Virus record (IMG/VR): IMGVR_UViG_3300027973_000044
Span: 17,924-81,923 of that record
From: a virus
Strand: one strand, 5' to 3'
DNA: 64,000 nucleotides
Under the pieces are notes generated by a model. That model ran no database searches, was not told the DNA's origin, and was given only the letters and a program-made list of their open reading frames with translations. Made by a program: the position numbers and the translations under genes. Shown piece after piece: positions 32,502 through 40,862 of the stretch (the stretch's first letter is position 1; each line of letters starts with the position of its first letter).

Positions 32502-34627
32502 GCAATTTTCTTTTTCATAACAAGTTTCACCAGGCAAACCATCATACCATTGCCACTCCTGGTCTTCCAGATAGTGCAACAGATCCCATTGCATCTCAGT
32601 CTGAACCATTTCAAGGAATATTCTACAATTACTTAAATGCTCTTGTGAATCTTTCTGCAATTGATGTTTCATATCTGGAAACATTCTTAACAGATTCTAT
32701 CACCACATTTGATGGATTATCAGTCAACACAATTCAGAGCATATATGCTGCAATCACAGCTAATGTATTTACAAACAGTCAGCAGTGGTTTGAGATGTAC
32801 ACTAATATCAATGCATTGAGTACCATATATGGTCTGTATCCAACTGTTTCAACCACTGTGAACACATACAGTGGCAACTGGAACTTGGGTTATGATTTTT
32901 ATAGCAGTCTCAATGCATTGAGCGCAAATTATTTCTCCACATACACCATGGTTAACACTTATAGCGCCAATTGGCCGTTCATCGATACAACTCTGAGACT
33001 TAATTTGATGCAACAGAATACGCGTTCCAAGAATTTCAGCGGCGTTAATATTACCAGCATAAGTGTTAATACTGCTGGTGTTTCGGCATATTGGAATTTG
33101 AGTGCAGCACAGTGTGCATTTTTCAGGCTCACAGGTACTACAGTATTTAAGAATATAGTTAATTCCAATAACAAGAAAAAAGGTGGTGAGTATACCCTTG
33201 TGCTGCAGCAAGACGGGTTTGGAAGCAGAAGTGTTACATTTGAAAGTGATTATGTATTTCCAACTGTGTATTTGGGCACAGTGTCTGCAGCCTCACTATA
33301 TGGCACAGGGTACAACACTTCTGGTCAACTGGGCTTAGGAAATACTAGCAATAGAAATGTATTTACTGCATTAACTGGCAATTGGTCACAGGTGATTTGT
33401 AGTACTGCTCATACCATGGCTCAGAGTGCCGGTACCACCAATTGGTTTGGTACAGGGTATAATGGCTTTGGACAATTAGGCTTGAATGATAATAGCAACA
33501 GAAATGTATTTACTGCATTAACAGGCAATTGGTCACAGATGGTGTGTGGTGGTGCTTATACCATGGCTCAGAGTGCCGGTACCACCAATTGGTTTGGTGC
33601 GGGTTTTAATTTTAACGGTGCATTGGGCCTTGGGGATAATAGCGATAGAAATGCACTCACACCGCTCACAGGCAATTGGTCACAGATGGTGTGTGGTGGT
33701 GCTCATACCATGGCTCAGAGCGCTGGCACCACCAAATGGTTTGGCACAGGTAGTAATAGCCAAGGTCAATTGGGACTAGGCGATGATGGCGCTGGTACCA
33801 ATAGAAATGTATTCACACCACTCACAGGCAATTGGTCACAGATGATATGTGGCAGGGCACACACCATGGCATTGTCTGCTGGTACCACCAAATGGTTTGG
33901 CACAGGTGCAAATGGTTACGGTCAACTGGGTCTAGATGATACTATCATCAGAAATGTATTTACTGCATTAACTGGCAATTGGTCGCAGATGGTTTGTGGT
34001 GCAGAGCATACTATGGCGCTAAGTGCTAATAACAAGTGGTTCAGTACTGGTAGGAATGTTGAAGGTCAACTAGGTCTAAATGATAATAGCGATAGAAATG
34101 TATTTACTGCATTAACTGGCGATTGGTCGCAGATGGTGTGTGGTTATTCTCATACCATGACCCAGAGTGCAGGTACTATCAAATGGTTTGGCACAGGACA
34201 AAATTTTTATGGTGAATTGGGTCTTAGTGACAATAGCAATAGAGATGTATTTACAATATTAACTGGTGATTGGTTACAAATGGCAAGCTCTTGTAATTGT
34301 ATTCATACTATGGCTTTTGATCTGACTACTACAGACTCATACAGGACCAATGTTGTTGCTCCAACTGCTCTGAGTGTGACTGTGATTCGCTTCACATGTG
34401 ATGGGAGCAAGTTGTATGGCAAGCCAACACCTTATTATTATGAGAGAGACACAATTTGGACGTATTTTGCAGGCCCTGGTGATCTTCACACCCCCAGCCC
34501 GGCTGAATTCTATATCAATGATTACTTCATACCCATCAATGGACTCACAGTCGCAGGTGTGGTGGTCCCAGCACAAGGGTATTCTGATGGTGGTGGCATA
34601 ACTGTAGTAGAGGGGCTTCCATCCTAA
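32498..34627 (+). CDS. Fibre-like protein carrying a 7-repeat RCC1/BLIP-II propeller
   Basis: Paralog of the upstream gene; seven GxNxxGQLGL...CGxxHTM repeats. Confidence 0.85.
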   Translation: MSNFLFHNKFHQANHHTIATPGLPDSATDPIASQSEPFQGIFYNYLNALVNLSAIDVSYLETFLTDSITTFDGLSVNTIQSIYAAITANVFTNSQQWFEMYTNINALSTIYGLYPTVSTTVNTYSGNWNLGYDFYSSLNALSANYFSTYTMVNTYSANWPFIDTTLRLNLMQQNTRSKNFSGVNITSISVNTAGVSAYWNLSAAQCAFFRLTGTTVFKNIVNSNNKKKGGEYTLVLQQDGFGSRSVTFESDYVFPTVYLGTVSAASLYGTGYNTSGQLGLGNTSNRNVFTALTGNWSQVICSTAHTMAQSAGTTNWFGTGYNGFGQLGLNDNSNRNVFTALTGNWSQMVCGGAYTMAQSAGTTNWFGAGFNFNGALGLGDNSDRNALTPLTGNWSQMVCGGAHTMAQSAGTTKWFGTGSNSQGQLGLGDDGAGTNRNVFTPLTGNWSQMICGRAHTMALSAGTTKWFGTGANGYGQLGLDDTIIRNVFTALTGNWSQMVCGAEHTMALSANNKWFSTGRNVEGQLGLNDNSDRNVFTALTGDWSQMVCGYSHTMTQSAGTIKWFGTGQNFYGELGLSDNSNRDVFTILTGDWLQMASSCNCIHTMAFDLTTTDSYRTNVVAPTALSVTVIRFTCDGSKLYGKPTPYYYERDTIWTYFAGPGDLHTPSPAEFYINDYFIPINGLTVAGVVVPAQGYSDGGGITVVEGLPS
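33299..34320 (+). repeat. Seven tandem ~147 bp repeats encoding RCC1 blades
   Basis: Near-identical DNA blocks, e.g. agaaatgtatttactgcattaactggcaattggtc, recur in successive units. Confidence 0.9.
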
Positions 34628-34637
34628 ATAATAACAT

Positions 34638-35627
34638 ATGATGTCATGCAGCAATGTGGAACCAGTGAGTGCTTTTTATAGCACCAATCTTCAATCCAAG
34701 ATTGAAAGTTACGACAGATTGGGTGCACGCATTTGTCGTGCTCTTGGTGCACCATTGATCAACATTGAAATTCATGCAGATCAATTGAATGAGTTTATTA
34801 GCATTGCTTGTGAAATGTACACAAAGTTTGCAGGATACACACAAGAGTATCTGGTGTTTGATAGCAAGCTGTACGACCCAGGTGCAGGCTTGCGACTGGA
34901 TGTTCTTTTCAGTCTAACAAAAGATTTTAATTTTAGAGCCAGGTTTGAGAATGTTTCCAATGATATCAGAGCACTATACAACGTTGGAAGAATGGTCATT
35001 GGTGATCCAAAAAACCCATACTTGTATCAAGTGTTTGATCAAAACAAACCCAGAGAATTGGAATTGCTGAACAGCTACGATTATTTGATTGATAGTTACC
35101 GCAAGGTAACAGATGTGTTGGATTTTGAAGAAGGAAGTTCAGATGGCATTAACACCCTGTTCACAATTGAACAATCTTTGGCGCAACAAACCTACTTCAG
35201 CTACTCTCTAGGCAATTATGGGTTTGATTTGATCAGTTGGTACACATTGAAAAATTGGCTTGATACCCGTGAAAAGGTTTTAGCATTGCGTCGTGATGTG
35301 CGCTTTGATCCACGCACACAATACATGCAAATGTTCCCTGAACCCCGCAACACACATTTCTATGGCATTGTGACTTGCTATGTGGAAAGACCTTTAACAG
35401 ACATTATCAAAGAGCAGTGGGTGTATCAATATGCACTTGCATTGACTAAAATAGCCATTGGCACAGTGCGTGGCAAATATCAAGGCACACAATTGTTTGG
35501 TGGTGGCATTATTAATGCTGCAATTCTGGAAGATGGTAAAACAGAAAGAACAGAATTGGAGAGAAAATTATACGAAAGTGCACCAGGATTCGGGGATGCA
35601 GCACCCCCAGAATTCTTTGTAGGTTAA
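34638..35627 (+). CDS. Neck protein gp13-like
   Basis: RALGAPLINIEI..QL, WVYQYALALTK..G.VRGKY and GGGIIN. Confidence 0.85.
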   Translation: MMSCSNVEPVSAFYSTNLQSKIESYDRLGARICRALGAPLINIEIHADQLNEFISIACEMYTKFAGYTQEYLVFDSKLYDPGAGLRLDVLFSLTKDFNFRARFENVSNDIRALYNVGRMVIGDPKNPYLYQVFDQNKPRELELLNSYDYLIDSYRKVTDVLDFEEGSSDGINTLFTIEQSLAQQTYFSYSLGNYGFDLISWYTLKNWLDTREKVLALRRDVRFDPRTQYMQMFPEPRNTHFYGIVTCYVERPLTDIIKEQWVYQYALALTKIAIGTVRGKYQGTQLFGGGIINAAILEDGKTERTELERKLYESAPGFGDAAPPEFFVG

Positions 35628-35628
35628 C

Positions 35629-36084
35629 TTGAAACTCACAGTCAAAAATACCAAGTATGTGCAAGGCATTTTCAAGCCCACACACATGGAGAAATACAAA
35701 GGCCATGATTTGCCCAGATATCTGAGCAGTTGGGAATTGAAATTGTTTCGCTGGTGTGATATGAATCCCAATGTGTTGGAATGGGGCAGTGAATCCATTG
35801 TTATTCCATATGAAAGTCCTATTGATAGAAAAGTGCACAGATACATTGTGGATGCAGTGGTGAAACTCAAGACTGCCACCGGCATAAAGAAGTATCTCAT
35901 AGAGGTAAAGCCCTACAAACAGACCATAAAACCAGAGCAAACCCCTGGCAAACACAAGAAGACGTTGCTTTATGAGCAATTGACCTATATACAGAATCAG
36001 GCGAAATGGGAAGCGGCTAAATTCTATGCAAAGAAATATGGCTTCGAATTCACCATTTTAACTGAAAAGGAACTCAGGAAATAA
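35629..36084 (+). CDS. Head completion nuclease gp4-like
   Basis: SSWELKLFRWCDMNPNVLEWGSE, IPYESP, HRYIVD, IEVKP and NQAKWEAA; TTG start. Confidence 0.92.
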   Translation: MKLTVKNTKYVQGIFKPTHMEKYKGHDLPRYLSSWELKLFRWCDMNPNVLEWGSESIVIPYESPIDRKVHRYIVDAVVKLKTATGIKKYLIEVKPYKQTIKPEQTPGKHKKTLLYEQLTYIQNQAKWEAAKFYAKKYGFEFTILTEKELRK

Positions 36085-36095
36085 GTGAAATCTGA

Positions 36096-36103
36096 TATAA
36101 ATA
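36096..36103 (+). promoter_or_regulatory. T4-type late promoter
   Basis: TATAAATA 5 nt before ATG 36109. Confidence 0.75.
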
Positions 36104-36108
36104 ATAAT

Positions 36109-36783
36109 ATGGCCTTACGCTTATTAGTTGAGACACCAGCACCTGAAGACCAATACGAATACGTGGTCGAAGAAAAAAGTGGCAATCAACCCAGCACCAT
36201 GTACATCAAGGGACCATACATGCAGTGTGAAGAGGTTAACAAGAACAAGAGAGTTTATGATTCCGGTGAAATGGACAAAGAAGTTAACCGTTACATCAAT
36301 GAAATGGTGAGAACAAACCGTTCCATGGGCGAATTGAACCATCCCACGCAGGCTGAAGTTAACCTGGAGCGTGCCTGTCATTTGGTAACTGAACTCAACC
36401 GCAGTGGCAATGTTTATTATGGCAAATCCAAAGTGCTCACCACACCCATGGGACAGATTGTTAGAAGCTTGATCAATGATGGTGTGCGTGTAGGCATGAG
36501 TTCTCGTGCCCTGGGAAAACTGGAAGAGTGTGGCAATGGTGTGAACCGCGTCAAGGACTTTCGTTTGGTTGCAGTGGATTGTGTTGCTGATCCAAGTTTT
36601 CCCAAAGCTTTCGTCAATGGCATTCTTGAATCCAAGCAATTTGTAGTAACCCAAGATGGTCACTACGAAGAATATTATGATTCATTTTCCGACAGACTTC
36701 GCAACCTGCCTCGCAGAGATGTTGAAGGTTATCTCAAAGAACAAATTCTGGAGTTCTTTGGCAAGATCAGCAAAGTGCTCTAA
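36109..36783 (+). CDS. Prohead core protease gp21-like
   Basis: NKNKRVY, GELNHP, GMSSRALG and DCVADPS. Confidence 0.95.
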   Translation: MALRLLVETPAPEDQYEYVVEEKSGNQPSTMYIKGPYMQCEEVNKNKRVYDSGEMDKEVNRYINEMVRTNRSMGELNHPTQAEVNLERACHLVTELNRSGNVYYGKSKVLTTPMGQIVRSLINDGVRVGMSSRALGKLEECGNGVNRVKDFRLVAVDCVADPSFPKAFVNGILESKQFVVTQDGHYEEYYDSFSDRLRNLPRRDVEGYLKEQILEFFGKISKVL

Positions 36784-37157
36784 TGAATATCTCCCAGCCA
36801 TTCACACCTGCTGTTATTTCGGTTGGTTCAACCCAACAAAAGCCTGAATTGGCTGCCCAACTGGCCATGAAGTCACAGAAGAAGATGAAACCTGCCATGG
36901 TTGTTGCGAAAGATGAAGAATGCTATGAAGATGAAACAGGTTATGTCAACATGTGCAAAAAATGTCGTAAAGATTCACAGAATTTCGTAGGCGCGCACTA
37001 TAAATATAACAGTATGCAAGAGAGAGTTAATATTGTCAACTTTTTAAAGTTTTTGAACGAGAAAAATTATGCTGAGGCGCATAAATATTTAAAGAAAGTT
37101 ATGGAAATGAAATTAGCTAAGCGCATTGCACTAAATAAAAATGTGAGGTTATTTTAA
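36783..37157 (+). CDS. Small prohead core-like protein; may start at 37014 (47 aa)
   Basis: Lies between gp21 and gp22; internal TATAAATA (36999-37006) precedes ATG 37014. Confidence 0.5.
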   Translation: MNISQPFTPAVISVGSTQQKPELAAQLAMKSQKKMKPAMVVAKDEECYEDETGYVNMCKKCRKDSQNFVGAHYKYNSMQERVNIVNFLKFLNEKNYAEAHKYLKKVMEMKLAKRIALNKNVRLF

Positions 37158-37160
37158 TTT

Positions 37161-38030
37161 ATGACAAAAGACATCAAAACTATTCTAAAAGAAGCAACAC
37201 AAGATCTTCTCTCTGAGGAAGTTCTTAAGGAAATCGAAGCAGCATTTAATTCTGCTATTTCTGAAAAAGTGCAACTTCACGTTACAAAAGCTCTTACCGA
37301 ACAAGATGAAGATTACAGCAGCAAGCTAGAGCATCTTCTGGAAACCATCGATGCAGATCATACATCCAAGCTCGAAAAAGTTGTTGAAGCCATTGATGCT
37401 AACCACACAGAGAAATTAAAAGCTCTTGTGGAGAAGTATAGCAACGCTCTCAGCAAAGAAGCCAAAGCTTTCAAAGACAGCACCATTGACAATATTAGCA
37501 CATACCTTGAAGCGTATATCGACGAGACATTGCCTGCTAATGAAATTAAGGATGCTGTTAAGAATCGCAGAGCCTTGGAGGTTCTCGATCAACTAAGATC
37601 CATTTTGGGCGTTGATGCCGCCCTGGCGAAAGAAAGTGTTCGCGAAGCCATCGTAGATGGAAAGCGTCAATTACAAGAAGCTTCTGAGAAGCTTGAAGCC
37701 GCTAACAAAGAGTTAGCTCAGGTTAAGGCACAACTCGCCACGCGTAATGCGGAACTTACACTCGAAAAGAAGACTGTAGGTTTATCCGCTCGCAAGAAAG
37801 AGTATGTGAACAAGGTGATGAAGACCAAGAGTAGCGAATTCATTACTGAGAACATTGATTATGCCTTGAGCTTATTCGATAAGACAGAAAAAGAGCGGCT
37901 TCAAAATATTAAAGAGGAAGCGGTGCAAGATGCAGCTGCAACACAAGTGGATCGTCCAGTAATGGAAGAGACAGAAGTTGTTGCTGAATCAGTCACCAAC
38001 CCTTACCTCAAAGAACTTTCTAAGTACTAA
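37161..38030 (+). CDS. Prohead scaffolding protein gp22-like
   Basis: Acidic coiled-coil protein directly before the major capsid gene; ends NPYLKEL; GAGGT ribosome site. Confidence 0.85.
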   Translation: MTKDIKTILKEATQDLLSEEVLKEIEAAFNSAISEKVQLHVTKALTEQDEDYSSKLEHLLETIDADHTSKLEKVVEAIDANHTEKLKALVEKYSNALSKEAKAFKDSTIDNISTYLEAYIDETLPANEIKDAVKNRRALEVLDQLRSILGVDAALAKESVREAIVDGKRQLQEASEKLEAANKELAQVKAQLATRNAELTLEKKTVGLSARKKEYVNKVMKTKSSEFITENIDYALSLFDKTEKERLQNIKEEAVQDAAATQVDRPVMEETEVVAESVTNPYLKELSKY

Positions 38031-38125
38031 TTAGTACTAGTAAAGAAGTTAAAGAGGCGCAAGCCTGATTTATATTGTAGATTTTATATATTCTACAGGT
38101 CGAAAATAAAGGAGAACTAATAATT

Positions 38126-39604
38126 ATGAAATCAATCAGACCTACACAGTCTTACATTGATGAGTCTCGCGCACAAGCGTTGCTCGAAAAGTGGAAACCA
38201 GTTTTGGATTACACTTCGGCCAACGTTAAAGCCATCGAAGATGATCATACTCGTTTGAACACAGCCATGCTCTTGGAAAACCAAGAAGCTTGGTGCGTCA
38301 ATGAGGCTAATCAATCGGGTGGTGGTGCCGCTGGCACAGGTTCTGTCTTCGGCTCCAACGCCACAGGTAACTACGGGAACCAAATTCCCAATAGCTCACC
38401 TCAAGGTGATTGGTATGCTCAAGGCGATGCTCGTTTGCCTAAGATTCTCATTCCAATGATTCGTAGAACGTTCCCCGAGTTAATCACCAATGAAATTGTA
38501 GGCGTACAGCCCATGGGTGGACCAGTTGGTCTAGCCTTTGCTTTACGTTACAAGTATTCTCCATATCAGCTTGGCAACGATGGCATCGATGGTTCCGGCA
38601 CAAATGCTGGCAATCTTCTTGCCAATCCCCAACAAGCATCGCTTAACAAGGAGCTTGGTTACCAATACCTCGACACCCGCTACACTGGTACATCCAGCAC
38701 CACCCTAACCGGTGGCGCACCTGGGACAGACGCCGCAAGCCTCTTCCCTTGGATCAACCAAGATAACGGTGTGGCTCAACTTCTCAGCCAGTTCGAATTG
38801 ACGGGCAAAATCCCTCAGATCGAAGTCAGCTTTGAAAAGACAGCCGTCGAAGCCGGTACCCGCAGACTCGCTGCTCGCTGGTCGGTAGAACTCGAACAGG
38901 ATCTTAAGAACATGAACGGTATTGATATCGATACTGAGCTCACCAACGCTATGTCGTATGAGCTACAGGCCGAAATCGACCGTGAAATGATCGCTCGCAT
39001 GATCCAAGTCTCACTCAACGCTGGTGCTGGCACAGGATACTCCGTATGGAGCCCTGCTTCCGCAGACGGCCGTTGGTTGGTAGAGCGCAATCGCGATTTC
39101 TATCAGAGACTCATCATCGAGGCTAACAGAATTGCTGTTCGCAATCGTCGTGGTGCTGCCAACTTTATTGTTGCCACACCTCGCGTTTGCGCGATCCTCG
39201 AGATGCTTCCTGAGTTTCAATGGGTGCCAGTCCAAGGCAATGTCAACACTCAACCTGTTGGCGTAGCTAAGGTTGGTAACCTTGGTGGCAGATTCAACGT
39301 TTACCGTGATACACGTACAGAGGCCCAATATGAGGGTGGCTTACGTTCCGGTTACCGCGTTGAGTACGCTCTACTCGGATACAAAGGTCCGGAGTTTTAT
39401 GACACTGGTATCATCTATTGCCCTTACATCCCTGTAATGGTACAGAGAACCATTGGTCCTAATGACTTCTCGCCACGCGTTGGCTTGCTAACTCGTTATG
39501 GCGTTGTTGACAATATCTTCGGTGCTAATCTATATTATCACACGATTCTATTGTCCGGACTTGGTCAAGCGTTCACACCTGCAAGTGCTTCAGTTTATTT
39601 CTAA
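38126..39604 (+). CDS. Major capsid protein gp23-like
   Basis: LLEKWKPVLD, LLENQE, GVQPMGGPVGLAFALR, RRLAARWSVELEQDLK, EIDRE, YCPYIP and TRYG; AAGGAG Shine-Dalgarno. Confidence 0.98.
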   Translation: MKSIRPTQSYIDESRAQALLEKWKPVLDYTSANVKAIEDDHTRLNTAMLLENQEAWCVNEANQSGGGAAGTGSVFGSNATGNYGNQIPNSSPQGDWYAQGDARLPKILIPMIRRTFPELITNEIVGVQPMGGPVGLAFALRYKYSPYQLGNDGIDGSGTNAGNLLANPQQASLNKELGYQYLDTRYTGTSSTTLTGGAPGTDAASLFPWINQDNGVAQLLSQFELTGKIPQIEVSFEKTAVEAGTRRLAARWSVELEQDLKNMNGIDIDTELTNAMSYELQAEIDREMIARMIQVSLNAGAGTGYSVWSPASADGRWLVERNRDFYQRLIIEANRIAVRNRRGAANFIVATPRVCAILEMLPEFQWVPVQGNVNTQPVGVAKVGNLGGRFNVYRDTRTEAQYEGGLRSGYRVEYALLGYKGPEFYDTGIIYCPYIPVMVQRTIGPNDFSPRVGLLTRYGVVDNIFGANLYYHTILLSGLGQAFTPASASVYF

Positions 39605-39653
39605 AGCATTTGTTGGCAGCGAATAAGAAAAAATTCCCGGTACGTCCCGGTTT

Positions 39654-39683
39654 AAAAAGAGGCCTTTCGGGGCCTCTTTTTTT
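39654..39683 (+). terminator. Intrinsic terminator after the major capsid gene
   Basis: aaaaagaggcct-ttcg-gggcctc followed by a T7 run. Confidence 0.9.
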
Positions 39684-39703
39684 GTATTAAGCCAGTCAAA
39701 ATA

Positions 39704-39711
39704 TATAAATA
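39704..39711 (+). promoter_or_regulatory. T4-type late promoter
   Basis: TATAAATA 6 nt before ATG 39718. Confidence 0.75.
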
Positions 39712-39717
39712 ATACAT

Positions 39718-40803
39718 ATGGCCATTATACCGGTATCCGCTTTGAAGGATGCATTTGCAGATGGAGACACACCTGACTCAAATGATTTTATCAATTTAAT
39801 TGACACCACATGTGCTCTGCCTTCTGCAACCAACAGTAACATTGGATCCACTTACACAACAAACTTGACTCTCGTGCAAGGCATGACCGGGATCCCTGTG
39901 GTAATAAACGGTAGCACCTACTATCTTCCTGTGTTCACCACTTATGTGGCTCCAGATCAAGCAGCTTATACAGCCACTGTGAGGCAGACCTATTCAAATG
40001 CAGTCTTGGCAGAAACTGTGGGTGCAAGATGTGCCACATTCATACAGAGCGTTTGCGGATATGCGCCAGGTGATGTTGTCACAGCAGCCTGCATATGTTC
40101 AGATGATAAAAATGCTCCCATCTTCCCCAACAATACATTTGGTCAATACCCCACATCATTGCAACAATTTTCTGGACCATTTTTTGCTGGTGGCATTGGT
40201 GGTTATCCCTTCCCAGGCATTGTGGGTCTGTTTGCATGGATGAGCCATGTGACCACACCAGGTGCATTGTTTATCTATGTGCATCCCCACATTGGCATTA
40301 CTCAGAGTGGACAAGTGGGATTCATGAAGCGCAGAGGGCAGCAGGGCAATCTGTCTCAAACTTGTGGTGCAGTTAATGCAGCACAAGCCAGAATTGTTGG
40401 TACACTTAGTGCGACTCCTCCAACTTTTCCAAGTGCAGAATTCACCATCAATGATTTCCAACAATTCACCTTGGTGAATGCACTGTATTCTAACCGAACC
40501 ACCCGCAATGCATTGACAGCAGCTGCTCCGTTGCAGGGTGGCACATATGGCCAGAGAATGAAGATAGCCACTGATGCCATTCTGGTTGCAGCATTGAGTG
40601 CAGTGGAAACAATTTTACCCATATCTTATGGTGCTTTCTTTCAAGGTGAAAACACAGTGGATGTGTTTGTGCATGCAGGCACATTCATCAATGTGGACGA
40701 TGGGTACAGTGCTTACATAGACACCATTGCATTCAAGAAATACAATCCAGTCACACAGACATTCACCACCCTCACCAGCGCTTTCACAGCAGCTTTTGCC
40801 TAG
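39718..40803 (+). CDS. LCIB/LCIC-family (theta-type) carbonic anhydrase domain fused to a virion-type N-terminal segment
   Basis: ICSDD, GPF.AGGIGGYPFPG..G..A..SHV, FIYVHPHIGI..G..G..RRGQ and TCGA match the LCIB/theta-CA motif series; candidate Zn ligands Cys127, His191, Cys216. Confidence 0.8.
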   Translation: MAIIPVSALKDAFADGDTPDSNDFINLIDTTCALPSATNSNIGSTYTTNLTLVQGMTGIPVVINGSTYYLPVFTTYVAPDQAAYTATVRQTYSNAVLAETVGARCATFIQSVCGYAPGDVVTAACICSDDKNAPIFPNNTFGQYPTSLQQFSGPFFAGGIGGYPFPGIVGLFAWMSHVTTPGALFIYVHPHIGITQSGQVGFMKRRGQQGNLSQTCGAVNAAQARIVGTLSATPPTFPSAEFTINDFQQFTLVNALYSNRTTRNALTAAAPLQGGTYGQRMKIATDAILVAALSAVETILPISYGAFFQGENTVDVFVHAGTFINVDDGYSAYIDTIAFKKYNPVTQTFTTLTSAFTAAFA

Positions 40804-40862
40804 TCCGCATAATCTAGATCCCCAGCAGTAGCAGATTGTATGTATTGAGCTAAATTATTGTA

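Noticed and set aside
33299-34320. Diversity-generating retroelement or CRISPR array as the explanation for the repeats
   Set aside because: The repeats are in-frame coding units without unique spacers. Differences are not confined to adenines, and no reverse transcriptase or non-coding template repeat is in the window.
35512-36663. Antisense ORFs of 155 and 179 aa, and the other short shadow ORFs in the track
   Set aside because: They lie opposite or inside well-supported genes and show no motifs or expression signals.
38126-39604. Higher GC of gp23 as a sign of horizontal transfer
   Set aside because: C-ending codon bias is expected for the most highly expressed phage gene, and synteny is normal.
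39605-39717. tRNA or ncRNA after the capsid gene
   Set aside because: No cloverleaf; the space is explained by the terminator and the late promoter.
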